64,000 nt of DNA from Candidatus Brocadiaceae bacterium. Lineage in GTDB: Bacteria > Planctomycetota > Brocadiia > SM23-32. Location: NCBI GenBank assembly GCA_012728835.1, contig JAAYEJ010000045.1, positions 36,475 through 100,474 of the forward strand. The letters are read 5' to 3'. The translations under genes and the position numbers were made by a program. Positions 34,951 to 44,766 of this stretch are shown one piece after another; position 1 is the first letter of the stretch; every line of letters starts with the position of its first letter. The notes below the pieces were generated by a model. The model saw only the letters and a list, made by a program, of their open reading frames with translations, was not told the origin of the DNA and ran no database searches.

Positions 34951-36288
34951 CTATCCGGCGGCTGAGACCGCCGCCAGGGCTTCGGCGGGGACGGGTTCGA
35001 GTGCGCCGCGCAGGTGTTCGACGGCCCGCTGCAGCTGCACGTCCACAAACGGCTCCTGCGGTTCGGCGGCCGTCTCCGGGGCCGGGGGCCGGCTCGGGCC
35101 GGCGCGTCCGGCCAGGTGGGCGGCCAGCCGGCGGACGTCGTCCGGCGGGAGTTCCACGGCGACGTCGGGCGTGAGCCCGCCGCTTCTGGGGTCCTCGCGG
35201 TCGCGCTCGATCTCCTGGCCGTTGGGGCGCACGTAGTGGGCGACAGCCAGCCGGATCGTGCTGCCGTCGTATGGGCACCGGATGTCCATGCGCAGGCTGC
35301 CGCGGCCGAGCGTGGGCTCGCCCACGAGCGTCGCGCGGCCGTTGTCGGCCAGGGCGGCGGCCATCATCTCGGCGGCTTCGGCGGTGCGGACGTTCACCAG
35401 CAGGGCCAGCTTCATGTCCGGGAAGGCGTCTCCCGGTTCGGCGCTCTGCGAGACCTCGCGATCGCCGCGGCCCCGGGCGCTCAGGAGGACGCCCTCGTCG
35501 AGCAGCAGGTCGGCACACATCAGGGCCGCGTCGAGCGGTCCGCCGGGGTTGAAGCGCAGGTCCAGCACCGCCGACCGGGCGCCGAGGTCCTTGAGCTTCG
35601 CCAGGCCGTCGGAGATCAGACCGACCGTCCGTTCGTCGAAGTGCGTCAGGGCCATGTAGCCGATCTCCGGATCGGCATCCAGTATCTGAACGGCCTGGAC
35701 GCTCGGCGTCGGCGTCAGGGCGCGTGTCAGCTCCACCTCGCGCTCCGGCCGGCCGGGCCGCACGACGGTCAGGACGACCCGGGTGCCCGGTTCGCCACGG
35801 AGGGCGCGCACGGCGTCGTAGGTGGTGCGGAAGTCCTCGGCCTCAAGTTCCTCTCCGTCGGGCGTCTCCCGGATCTTGACGATGAAGTCGCCCGTGAGAA
35901 GCCCTTCCTGAAAGGCCGGGCGTCCCTGGATCGTGCCGTCGATGGCCACGACCTTGCCCAGGGGCAGGAAGCGGGCGGTCAGGCCCAGTTCGGGGACGGA
36001 GCCGCCGGCCGACCGGCCGTAGCGTTCGGTCATCTCGGCCGGCAGGTAGAGCCCGCCGGGGTCGACCTGCTCGATCATGCCCTGGTAGGCGCCCTCCAGG
36101 AGCAGGCTGCGGTCCACGTCTTCGACGTAGTAGCTCTCGATCTGATCCAGGAGCCACGTCAGGGGCCGGAAGAACTGCCGGACGAGCAGTTCGGACTCGC
36201 TCTCGTCGGCCCGCACGTACACCGCATGAACGGCGAGGCTCGCCGCAAGACCCAGCACGAGGCCCGCACAGATGCCCTTCCATCGCAT
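34951..36288 (-). CDS. S41 family protease homologue, catalytic dyad substituted
   Basis: PDZ, DLRFNPGG, GLTPDV present; TAEAAE replaces SASASE and TLGRGS replaces TxGKGS. Confidence 0.85.
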   Translation of the reverse strand: MRWKGICAGLVLGLAASLAVHAVYVRADESESELLVRQFFRPLTWLLDQIESYYVEDVDRSLLLEGAYQGMIEQVDPGGLYLPAEMTERYGRSAGGSVPELGLTARFLPLGKVVAIDGTIQGRPAFQEGLLTGDFIVKIRETPDGEELEAEDFRTTYDAVRALRGEPGTRVVLTVVRPGRPEREVELTRALTPTPSVQAVQILDADPEIGYMALTHFDERTVGLISDGLAKLKDLGARSAVLDLRFNPGGPLDAALMCADLLLDEGVLLSARGRGDREVSQSAEPGDAFPDMKLALLVNVRTAEAAEMMAAALADNGRATLVGEPTLGRGSLRMDIRCPYDGSTIRLAVAHYVRPNGQEIERDREDPRSGGLTPDVAVELPPDDVRRLAAHLAGRAGPSRPPAPETAAEPQEPFVDVQLQRAVEHLRGALEPVPAEALAAVSAAG

Positions 36289-36557
36289 GACGGCCTCACC
36301 TCCCGGCTCGAGGCACACACGCCCCCCTCGTGTTGTCGATGATACGGCAGCCCGGAGGGACCGTCAAGCGTGGCGCGGCACCCATCGCCGCCCTTCGGGG
36401 CCGGGGAGTCCGTGCCAAGGCGCCTCCGCGCACGAACGCGCTGGCACGTCCGCGGGCATTCTGGTAGGCTTGTCATGTCCTGGGAGCCGCTCTTCACACC
36501 CCCTGCAGGCCCGACGCGGCGCCCGCCCCCGATGGTCGCTACTCATGAGGTCCCGAG

Positions 36558-37376
36558 ATGGTGCCGAGATCAGGACGGCCGGCCGACACAATGACGTCTC
36601 CCCAGATGGCCGCGCACCGACGCGACGGCGGGATCCTGCTGCTGCCGGTGGGCTGCTTCGAGATGCACGACAGGCACGTGGGGCTCTCCTGCGACACGTT
36701 CCTGGCCGAGGCGGCCTGCCGTGTGCTGGCCGAGGAATGGCGGGCGGCCATCCTGCCGCCGATCGTGTTCACCTACCCGGGCGCAACCACGCGGTGGCCG
36801 GGAAGTTGCGCCATCCGGCCCCGGGAGACGCTCGACTACATCATCGCCGTCGTCAAGGGCATCCTTCGGAACGGCGGCCGGCGGCTGGTCCTGGTGGGCT
36901 GGCACGGGCCGAACGGGCCGATCATCCAGGTGGCGCTGCGGCAGGTGTTCGAGGAGACGGGCGAGCTGCCGATCCTGTTCATGCCGAACGAGGGCGAGTT
37001 CTACCGGAAGATCGAGGAGGAGTTCGGCCGGCCGCACGGCGAGGCCGCCTGGTACCTGGCCTCGCTGGAGATCTGCGGACGGGCCGACGAGTTCGATCCG
37101 GCCGTCAGCGAGGCGGACGAGCACCCGCGCGACGTGCCGACGTTCCCCAGCCTCCGCAAGCTGGCCAGGCACGGCGTCAGCGCCCCCTACGTGTTCGTGA
37201 CGCCCTGGAGCCACGTCGGCTGGTGCTCCGGTCTGACCCGGGCCGACGCGCCGCGTCTGGCGGAACTCTACCGCGAATGGCTCCTCTCCCAGGCGCGGGG
37301 CCTGCCGGAGGACTACGAGGAGTTCCGCCGGGACATGGCGGCGGCGATGGAGCAGGAGCCCTGGAACGAGATGTGA
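36558..37376 (+). CDS. Creatininase/amidohydrolase family protein
   Basis: LLPVGCFEMHDRH..DT, LVGWHGPN; start uncertain (36558 or 36591). Confidence 0.8.
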   Translation: MVPRSGRPADTMTSPQMAAHRRDGGILLLPVGCFEMHDRHVGLSCDTFLAEAACRVLAEEWRAAILPPIVFTYPGATTRWPGSCAIRPRETLDYIIAVVKGILRNGGRRLVLVGWHGPNGPIIQVALRQVFEETGELPILFMPNEGEFYRKIEEEFGRPHGEAAWYLASLEICGRADEFDPAVSEADEHPRDVPTFPSLRKLARHGVSAPYVFVTPWSHVGWCSGLTRADAPRLAELYREWLLSQARGLPEDYEEFRRDMAAAMEQEPWNEM

Positions 37377-37422
37377 CGGTCGCGAAGGCTGACTGAACTG
37401 AACCGAGACGGAAGGAGCAACG

Positions 37423-40146
37423 ATGAGGACCGGCCGGGTGGGGATGGCTCTTCTGGTTCTGCTGGCGGTGGCGGTCGGGGCGGCCCGAGGGCAGGAGGCC
37501 CCGGACGCGGCGGACGGCGGCACGGTCGTGCTGAACACCTACGGCATCTGGCGCTTTCACTGCACGCTGGCGCCGCCCGTGATCGCGGACGGGGGGGAGG
37601 TGACGCTCCGGCACGCGTGGCTGAACTACAAGACGCCCGGGCCCGCCGAAGGCTGGACGGCGCCGGGCTTCGACGACGGCACCTGGCACCGCGGCCCGGC
37701 GGCCCTGGCCACGAAGTCGGCCCTGGTGGCGCGCGTCTGCCTGCGAGGCAAGTTCCAGGTCACCGATCCGGCGGCCGTCGGCGCGCTGTCGCTCTGGGCG
37801 GCCTACCGCGGCGGCCTGATCGTCTACGTGAACGGCACGGAGATCGCGCGCCGGCACATCGCCGCCGGGCAGGAACTGGCCGACGGGCCCGCCGGCGAGG
37901 AGCGCGAGGAGGCCGCCCTGCCGATCCCGTCCGACCTGCTGCGGCCGGGCACCAACGTGCTCGCGCTCGAGGTCGTGCGCGCACCCTACCCGGAGGCGAC
38001 CGAGGACAACGTGTACGAGGAGAACTCGTGCCAGATACTGCGCGTGCGGTTGACGGCCGACGGGGCGGGCGGGCTGGTGCCGAACGCCGTGCGTCCGGAC
38101 GGGTTCCAGGTGTGGACCGCCGATCCGCTGGCCGTGGACCTCAACGTGGACTTCGGCGACCGCGCCGAGGGGGTGCGGCCCGTGGTGATCGTCGGGGCGA
38201 GGAACGGGATCTTCACGGGCAAGGTGGGCGTCGGCTCGACGACGCCGATCCGCGGGCTCAAGGCGACGGCCGGCGATCTGACCGGAGACGGCGGCAGCAT
38301 CCCGTCCGCCAACGTGCAGGTGCGCTACGGCATCCCGTGGGGCGACTATCGCCACGTGAACGCAGGCCAGCGCCGGCTGCCCACGCCGTACATGACGAAG
38401 ACGATGCGGCTGGGGGCGCTTGCCGAGCAGCCGCAGGCGGAGTTCCCGGTGCTGCCCGAGCCGAAGGAGTACCAGCAGCTGACGTTCGCGCCCGACGCAA
38501 AGGACGTGCCGTCGCCCGACGGCGCCGTCGTGCCGGTATGGATCCGCGTCCGCGTCCCCGCCGACGTCGAGGCCGGCACGTACGCGGGCACGGTAAGTAT
38601 CGAGGCCGAGAGCGTCGAGGCCGTCGACGTGCCCGTCGAGGTGCGTGTCGCCGACTGGACGCTGCCCGACACGCAGGGCCTGCACACGTTTGTGGACATG
38701 ATCCAGGGGCCCGACACCCTCGCGCTCGAGTACGACGTGCCGCTGTGGAGCGACGAGCACTGGCGCCTCATCGCCGAGTCGTTCCGCCTGATCGGCGAGA
38801 CGGGTGCGCGCACCGTCTACATCCCGCTGATCGTGCACACCAACTTCGGCAACGAGGAGTCCATGGTGCGCTGGGTTCGGACGGGGGAGGGCACCTACGA
38901 CTACGACTTCTCGATCATGGACCGCTACCTGGACGTGGCCACCGAGAACATGGGCACGCCGAAGCAGGTGATCTTCGTCGTGTGGGACGTCTACATGATG
39001 CCGGCCGACACGCTGGAGTCGGCGACGCGCAGCCGGGCGAAGGACACCGCCCGGAACCTGGAGAAGCTGGGCGCCGCCTACGGCAAGGGGCCCCGCGTGA
39101 CGGTGGTTGACCCGGCCACGGGGCAGGTGGAGATCGCTGAGCTGCCGACGCACTTCGACGCCGACGCCAGCCGGCCGCTGTGGAAGCCGCTCTTCGACCG
39201 ACTGCACGAACGGATGGCGGCCCGCGGCCTGCAGGACGCGATGATGATCGGCGTGCAGCACGACACGTGGGCGACCGAGGCGGAACACGCCTTCTTCCAG
39301 GAGGTCACCGGCGATCTGCCGTGGGTGATCCACGCGCACGAGGGCGCGGCGTTCAACAAGCGGCAATACGGCATATCGAAGCTCGGCTACCAGGCGCTCG
39401 TCTGGAAGGTCACGTTCTCCGACGACAACGCGGGGCGGCCGAAAGGCTACCGCGGCGGGATCAAGAGCCACATGGGCTGGGCGCGCCCCGACCTCGTCGG
39501 GCAGTTCGACCGCGCCAACTCGCGCGAGAACAGCCCGAACGTCTTCTGGCTGTGCCTGGCGGAGACGGCGATCACAGGGTCGCAGCGCGGCACCGGGCGT
39601 CTGGGCGCGGACTACTGGAAGGTGCTCAAGGACCGGCGCGGGAGCCGCGTGGGACGCAGCCACGAACGCTATCCCGAGAGCAGCTGGCGCAACCTGTTCA
39701 TCCCGGAGGCCATGCTGGCGCCCGGGCCGAACGGCCCGCTGGCGACCGACCGGCTCGAGGCCTACCGGCTCGGCATCCAGGAATGCGAGGCGCGGATCGT
39801 CCTGGAGTACGCCATGGACCGCGCCCGCGAGGACATCGGCGAGGACCTGGCGACGCGCTGCGAGGACTACCTGACCCGGCGGCACATGGCGATGTGGCTG
39901 GCGCTCAGCTCCCTGAACCTCTTCTACGACCACCCCGGCGCGTCGTGGGGCCCCACCTACATGGCCGGCTACTGGCGCAACGGCGGCAACATCGGCGGCA
40001 GCGACTGGTACCTCGGCGCCGGCCACCGGGAGTTGACCGAGGAGCTGTTCGCGCTGGCCGGGGAGGTGACGCGGGTGATCGGCCCGCTGCCGGCCGACGT
40101 GACCCGGCCGGGGAACTGGGAGACGTTCGACCGCGAGCACAGGTGA
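37423..40146 (+). CDS. Large exported putative carbohydrate-active protein (DUF6067/GH123-like architecture)
   Basis: Signal peptide, galactose-binding-like N-terminus (WTAPGFDDGTW..VYVNGTEIAR..GTNVLALEV), VWIRVRVP..AGTYAGT, YDFSIMDRYLD, RLEAYRLGIQECE. Confidence 0.7.
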   Translation: MRTGRVGMALLVLLAVAVGAARGQEAPDAADGGTVVLNTYGIWRFHCTLAPPVIADGGEVTLRHAWLNYKTPGPAEGWTAPGFDDGTWHRGPAALATKSALVARVCLRGKFQVTDPAAVGALSLWAAYRGGLIVYVNGTEIARRHIAAGQELADGPAGEEREEAALPIPSDLLRPGTNVLALEVVRAPYPEATEDNVYEENSCQILRVRLTADGAGGLVPNAVRPDGFQVWTADPLAVDLNVDFGDRAEGVRPVVIVGARNGIFTGKVGVGSTTPIRGLKATAGDLTGDGGSIPSANVQVRYGIPWGDYRHVNAGQRRLPTPYMTKTMRLGALAEQPQAEFPVLPEPKEYQQLTFAPDAKDVPSPDGAVVPVWIRVRVPADVEAGTYAGTVSIEAESVEAVDVPVEVRVADWTLPDTQGLHTFVDMIQGPDTLALEYDVPLWSDEHWRLIAESFRLIGETGARTVYIPLIVHTNFGNEESMVRWVRTGEGTYDYDFSIMDRYLDVATENMGTPKQVIFVVWDVYMMPADTLESATRSRAKDTARNLEKLGAAYGKGPRVTVVDPATGQVEIAELPTHFDADASRPLWKPLFDRLHERMAARGLQDAMMIGVQHDTWATEAEHAFFQEVTGDLPWVIHAHEGAAFNKRQYGISKLGYQALVWKVTFSDDNAGRPKGYRGGIKSHMGWARPDLVGQFDRANSRENSPNVFWLCLAETAITGSQRGTGRLGADYWKVLKDRRGSRVGRSHERYPESSWRNLFIPEAMLAPGPNGPLATDRLEAYRLGIQECEARIVLEYAMDRAREDIGEDLATRCEDYLTRRHMAMWLALSSLNLFYDHPGASWGPTYMAGYWRNGGNIGGSDWYLGAGHRELTEELFALAGEVTRVIGPLPADVTRPGNWETFDREHR

Positions 40147-40371
40147 CTACTCGACGCCCCCGCGCTCGCGCAGGACGTCGGCCAGGTCGGCGTGGCCCGC
40201 CAGGACGGCCAGGCCGCTGGGCGTGCGGCTTTGCAGATCGGCCGCGTTGACGTCCGCGCCGCGTTCCAGGAGCAGTTCGACGAGGTCGCGCCGGCCCGCC
40301 TCGGCGGCGAGGTGCAGGGCCGTGCGGCCCTCCGCATTCCGCGCATGTACGTCGGTCTCACCGGCCGGCAA
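40147..40371 (-). CDS. Short ankyrin-repeat protein (start uncertain, possibly truncated)
   Basis: GRTALHLAAEAGRRDLVELLLERGADVNAAD..RTPSGLAVLAGHADLADVL; nearest in-frame start is a TTG without clear RBS. Confidence 0.6.
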   Translation of the reverse strand: MPAGETDVHARNAEGRTALHLAAEAGRRDLVELLLERGADVNAADLQSRTPSGLAVLAGHADLADVLRERGGVE

Positions 40372-40436
40372 TTGCTCGACGAGGGGCCGGCATGCGGAAG
40401 CCGGGCGCGGTCGACGGCGGTCTGGGGCTGCCGGCC

Positions 40437-42872
40437 TCAGTAGCCCATGGCCTTCATGGCGGCTACGGCGAAGATATACTGCGCCTGTGTGTAGACGCAC
40501 GCCTCGGTGTGGCGGTAGTAGCCGTACTCGTCGATGTGGGCCATAACGCCCGCGTTCCAGAAGCCGCTCATGCCCGGCACGACGATGCCGGGCACGGCCG
40601 CCGGTTCGTAGCCGAAGAGCGCGTGCAGGTGCACGCTGTAGACGTGCCGGGGCTCCGGCAGGCCGAGCCCGATGACATACGCGGTGTCGCAGGCCGGATG
40701 CAGGCCGAAGAGCCACATCATTCCGCGCAGCGCCGTCGACGGTGGCGTCAGGTCCGGCACGACCTTGGAGAGCCAGTAGGTGTCGAAGGCCCGTATGGCG
40801 CAGGTTCCGGCCATGCCCCACTCGCCGCTGTCGTACCAGTAGAAGGGCCACGGCCGGCGGGCGGCCACGTCGGCCTGGCCGGCCGCCGCCCGGCGGATGG
40901 TCGCCTCGACAACCTGCTTCAGTTCGCCGTCGGCCAGCCTGGGGTGAAGGCGGGCCAGCGACGGCACGGGGTACCAGAACTTGCCGACGGTCGTGCGCCG
41001 GGCCTGCGGCCACTCGAAGGTCAGCTCGGGCAGGGAGGGGGCCAGCTCGCGCACGACGTCCAGATACGCCTCCTGGCCGGTGGTCAGGTACAGCTCGATG
41101 GCGGCGGCGATGGCCGTGCCGTCGGGCTCGCGGCCGTACGCCTCCGAGGCGCAGTAGCCGGTGCCGGCCCGGTAGACGGGCTCGTGCGTGCGGAAGTAGT
41201 CGAACGCGGCGCGGGCGGCCGCCAGGCAGCGCTCGGCCAGCTCGGGGCGGACGGCACGCAGCACCCGGCCGGCCGCCGCGAGCGACATGGCCTGCACAAG
41301 CTGTACGTCCGCATGGTAGTCCACGTACAGGAGGCGTTCGTCGCCCGTGCCCGGGCGGCCGTCGGTGAGCGCCTCCAGGACCCGTCCGCTGCGCTGGGGT
41401 GTCTCGGCGCAGACCCCGCCGTAGACGAGCCCGTCCGGCTGCTGCACGCTGAGCAGCCAGAGGGCGCCCCACTCGACCTGCTGAAGCACGTCCGGCGTGC
41501 CGTCCGGGCGGGCGGCCGTGAAGGTACGCGCCGCCACGTCCAGCGTGGCCGCATCGCGGTCGATCCCGAATTCCTCGTAGGCCAGCGACAGCATCCAGAC
41601 GACGAACCCCTGCGCGTGCACGTTCAGGTCGCAGTCGCCGGCGTCGTGCCATCCGCCCAGGTCCAGGGGCACGTGTTCGCCCGGCCGGTGGGGCGCCGGC
41701 CCGGGGCTGTGGGACCGGAAGCCGTCGGGGCCCACGTGGTTGTGCGGCGCCACGACCGCGTCGTCCACGTGGCAGGCCCCGTGGCCGGTCACGGCCGGGC
41801 CCAGGTCGACGGCGGCATGGCACATGAAGAACGGGAGGGCGCAGTCCAGCGTCGCCTCATAGAGGCGGTCCTCGAAGATGCTCGTCCGGATCGGGAAGTA
41901 GTCGGTGGCGCCGCCGGACCAGACGACGCGGTAGTCGCCGGGCGTGCGCACGTCCGTGAAGTCGAACGCGGCGTACGCGCCCTGGGCCACTGTGGAGGTC
42001 TGCGTGGGGCCGAAGCGGCCGTGCTTGACGACCCGCCCCTGGCCGTCCTCCAGGCGCACCTCGTCGGCGGGGCGCGGATCGCCCTCGGCCCATTCGAGCA
42101 TGACGGCCTTCTCGCCCGCGACCGGGTAGCCGATGCGGCACCAGCGCACGGCCCGGCCGGGCGGCGTCTCGGCCGGCCGGGGCAGCGTGATGAAGAACTC
42201 GGTCGTCTCGCGCTCGCCCCTGGGCAGGCCCATGCCGACGACGTAGGCCGGGGTCCGGTATCGCCGCTGGTCGCCGAGCGTGATGCCGTCGGCGCATTCG
42301 AAGGTCACGTTCAGCGACGGGTGGTCGGGGCGGCATTCGAGGCGGGTCATGCCGCTCGGGAAGCGGTTCTCGGGGGAGTATTCGAGCGGGTAGGCGAACT
42401 CCCGCCCGTCGGCGCGGCCGCGGGCGCCGCCAAACCGCTCGACCGGCAGGAGCACCTGGAAGTTGCCCCAGACGCCCTCCGGCCAGTCGCCCGTGCGGCG
42501 GATGCGCACGCGGATACGGTCGCCGTCGATGTCTATCCTCTGTTCGAAGGCGACCTGGGAGCCGCGCACACGGCCCGTGAAGGTCACGGCGCCCGGCGCA
42601 CGCTCGGCGCGCTTGTCGACCAGGTCCCGGAAGGTCGTGAAGCCGTTGAGGCCGCAGAAGATGCCCATGTTGTGCAGGAGGGGCTTGCTGTCGAAGACGA
42701 TGTGCACGCCCCCGTTGTCGTCCGTGCAGACCAGGTAGGCGCCCTGGCGGATCAGGCCCCGTCGGGCGGGCTGGGGGCCCTCCGCCGGGTCGGCGCAGGC
42801 CGGCCGGGCCGGCGGCATCAGCACAAGGCAGGACACCAGGGCGAGCAGACACCCCATGGGGCGGGTCATCAT
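40437..42872 (-). CDS. Glycoside hydrolase family 9-like protein with Ig-like and extra N-terminal domains
   Basis: Signal peptide, IGYPVAGEKAV..FDFTDVRTPGDY Ig domain, GGWHDAGD, C-terminal YRHTEACVYTQA. Confidence 0.82.
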   Translation of the reverse strand: MMTRPMGCLLALVSCLVLMPPARPACADPAEGPQPARRGLIRQGAYLVCTDDNGGVHIVFDSKPLLHNMGIFCGLNGFTTFRDLVDKRAERAPGAVTFTGRVRGSQVAFEQRIDIDGDRIRVRIRRTGDWPEGVWGNFQVLLPVERFGGARGRADGREFAYPLEYSPENRFPSGMTRLECRPDHPSLNVTFECADGITLGDQRRYRTPAYVVGMGLPRGERETTEFFITLPRPAETPPGRAVRWCRIGYPVAGEKAVMLEWAEGDPRPADEVRLEDGQGRVVKHGRFGPTQTSTVAQGAYAAFDFTDVRTPGDYRVVWSGGATDYFPIRTSIFEDRLYEATLDCALPFFMCHAAVDLGPAVTGHGACHVDDAVVAPHNHVGPDGFRSHSPGPAPHRPGEHVPLDLGGWHDAGDCDLNVHAQGFVVWMLSLAYEEFGIDRDAATLDVAARTFTAARPDGTPDVLQQVEWGALWLLSVQQPDGLVYGGVCAETPQRSGRVLEALTDGRPGTGDERLLYVDYHADVQLVQAMSLAAAGRVLRAVRPELAERCLAAARAAFDYFRTHEPVYRAGTGYCASEAYGREPDGTAIAAAIELYLTTGQEAYLDVVRELAPSLPELTFEWPQARRTTVGKFWYPVPSLARLHPRLADGELKQVVEATIRRAAAGQADVAARRPWPFYWYDSGEWGMAGTCAIRAFDTYWLSKVVPDLTPPSTALRGMMWLFGLHPACDTAYVIGLGLPEPRHVYSVHLHALFGYEPAAVPGIVVPGMSGFWNAGVMAHIDEYGYYRHTEACVYTQAQYIFAVAAMKAMGY

Positions 42873-43708
42873 TCGTTTCCTTTCTGCTGTGAGGGGCTGG
42901 GCTCCACGCGGACCAGGCGGCCGGGCAGGCTGCCGCACTCGAGCAGCCGGGCCAGGCGGCGCATGGGCCGTTTGAGGAAGAAGCCCTGGATCTGCACGCG
43001 TCCGCCGGCAATGGCCTCGCGGATCGGGGCGGGCGGGAAGAACATCTCGCCGTCGATCAACATGGCCATCTGCCGGCCCGCGTGCAGGGCCGTCACCGCC
43101 GCAAACCGCCGTTCGTCCTCCTGGTGGAACTCGAACGTCAGCAGGACGGCCCGCTGCGCGCCGACGGTGTCGAACCCCACGTGCCGGAACCCGTCCACGG
43201 CCATGACCGGCTCGCGCAGCACGGCGTAGTGATGCGGGACGGCCTTCAGCTCGTTCAGGCGGGTCAGGATGTGGCGGCGTTCGGTGTAAACCTTCACCTC
43301 GTAGCCGTCCGGCAGCCTCTCCGGGCCGTCGACGACCTGCGCGTCGGGGTGCCGGAGGCGGAACTCGGCGCGCCCCTGCATGGCGAGCCATGCCAGGGCG
43401 TAGTCGGGGCTCTGGCGGCACCGCACGGAGAACTCGAGGCGATCGGGCGGCAGGGCGCGCACGGCGCAGCGGCCCAGTTCCAGGTCGGTCCGGAGGGCCT
43501 TCAGGCGGTTCGAGACGATCTCGACCGTGCGGTTCAGGGCGTCCGGCGACGGGGCGGCCTCGGGGGTCTCCAGCCGGTAGACGACCACGTGGGTGACGGT
43601 TGTGGCCCAGGTCCAGACAGCTGCGGCCACGGCGATGGCGCACACGCCGCCGATGGTGACGGCGAAGCTCCGGAGCAGGAACCGGCTGCGGGGCGAAGGA
43701 TGTGACAC
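42869..43708 (-). CDS. SecD periplasmic (P1/head)-like domain protein with a single TM
   Basis: RTVEIVSNRL, GRAEFRL, FAAVTALHAGRQMAMLIDG..APIREAIAGGRVQIQG..LARLLECGSLP; no SecD C-terminal TM bundle. Confidence 0.72.
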   Translation of the reverse strand: MSHPSPRSRFLLRSFAVTIGGVCAIAVAAAVWTWATTVTHVVVYRLETPEAAPSPDALNRTVEIVSNRLKALRTDLELGRCAVRALPPDRLEFSVRCRQSPDYALAWLAMQGRAEFRLRHPDAQVVDGPERLPDGYEVKVYTERRHILTRLNELKAVPHHYAVLREPVMAVDGFRHVGFDTVGAQRAVLLTFEFHQEDERRFAAVTALHAGRQMAMLIDGEMFFPPAPIREAIAGGRVQIQGFFLKRPMRRLARLLECGSLPGRLVRVEPSPSQQKGNE

Positions 43709-43745
43709 GATCGGGGCTCCCCTCCCGGTCGAAGGACGGGGCACT

Positions 43746-44546
43746 TCAGGACTCCACGGGGCCCTCGGTGTCTTCGGCCGCTGGGGCCGGCGGCTCCCGG
43801 CGCGGCTGCAGGTCGATGTGTTCGGCGCGGATGCGGTCTCCCAGGTAGCTTTGGCGGGCGATCGGGTCTTCCAGAATCTCCTGCGCCGTGCCCTGAGTGA
43901 CGATCTTGCCCTCGCTGAGGATGTAGGCGCGGTCGGTGATGCGCAGGGCCTCGAGCACGTTATGATCGGTGATCAGGACGCCGATGCCCCGGTATTTGAG
44001 GCCGACGACGAGGTCCTGGACCTCCCCGACGGCGATGGGGTCCACGCCGGTGAACGGTTCGTCCAGGAGGATGATCTTCGGGTCGCCGCAGAGCGCGCGG
44101 GCGATCTCGAGCCGGCGGCGCTCGCCGCCGCTGAGGCTGTAGGCGGGCTGGTCGCACAGGTGCTCCAGGCCGAACTCCTCGAGCATCTCGTCGGTCTTGG
44201 TTCGGCGCTCGGCCGCTCCACGCCCCTGCATCTCCATGACGGCCAGCAGGTTCTCGGCCACGCTCATGTTCTGGAAGAGGCTCGGCTCCTGGGCCAGGTA
44301 GCTCATGCCGAGGCGCGCCCGGCGGTACATGGGCAGGCGGGTGACGTCGGTGCCCTGGAAGAAGACGGTTCCGCCGGCCGGGCGCACCAGGCCGATGCAC
44401 ATGCGGAAGGCCGTCGTCTTGCCCGCGCCGTTCGGCCCGAGCATGCCCACCGACTCGCCGTCGTCGACGTTGAAGCTGACGTGGTCGACCACGGCGCGGC
44501 GGCTGTAGTGTTTGACGAGTTCTCGGGCCTCGAACAGCATCGGCAT
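43746..44546 (-). CDS. lptB: LPS export ABC transporter ATP-binding protein
   Basis: GPNGAGKTT, LPMYRRARLG, YLAQEPS, LSGGERRRLEIAR, LLDEPFTGVDPI, LITDHNV. Confidence 0.94.
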   Translation of the reverse strand: MPMLFEARELVKHYSRRAVVDHVSFNVDDGESVGMLGPNGAGKTTAFRMCIGLVRPAGGTVFFQGTDVTRLPMYRRARLGMSYLAQEPSLFQNMSVAENLLAVMEMQGRGAAERRTKTDEMLEEFGLEHLCDQPAYSLSGGERRRLEIARALCGDPKIILLDEPFTGVDPIAVGEVQDLVVGLKYRGIGVLITDHNVLEALRITDRAYILSEGKIVTQGTAQEILEDPIARQSYLGDRIRAEHIDLQPRREPPAPAAEDTEGPVES

Positions 44547-44697
44547 TCGCAACCCAGGGTGCGAGGTGCGCGGGCATAACGGAGACCCTATTCTATCGCG
44601 ACGGGGCGCGGCGTTCAACGGGCCGGGGGCGTCGGCCGGGCGTCGGCCGTGGGCGGCTAACCGCCCCGGGGCCAACGGGTTGGGGGGCCGGGAGTTC

Positions 44698-44726
44698 TTG
44701 CAAACGCGGGGGCCTTTCACTATAAT
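44698..44726 (+). promoter_or_regulatory. Sigma70-type promoter of the pilus ATPase operon
   Basis: TTGCAA-17 nt-TATAAT. Confidence 0.7.
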
Positions 44727-44766
44727 CGCCGGGGTTCAGAACTTGAGAGCATGGGGAACTCCGCCT

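Noticed and set aside
37177..40140. 987-aa minus-strand ORF (likewise 40392-43229, 7453-9609, 47627-49447, 27040-29250 and others)
   Set aside because: Antisense shadows of real genes; expected at high GC, low-complexity Arg/Ala/Gly/His composition, no motifs
42873..43643. Long N-terminal extensions in the ORF track (GH9; similarly DUF89, thiC, thrC, rubrerythrin, galK)
   Set aside because: They overlap neighbouring genes or promoters; internal starts with RBS and family-typical N-termini fit better
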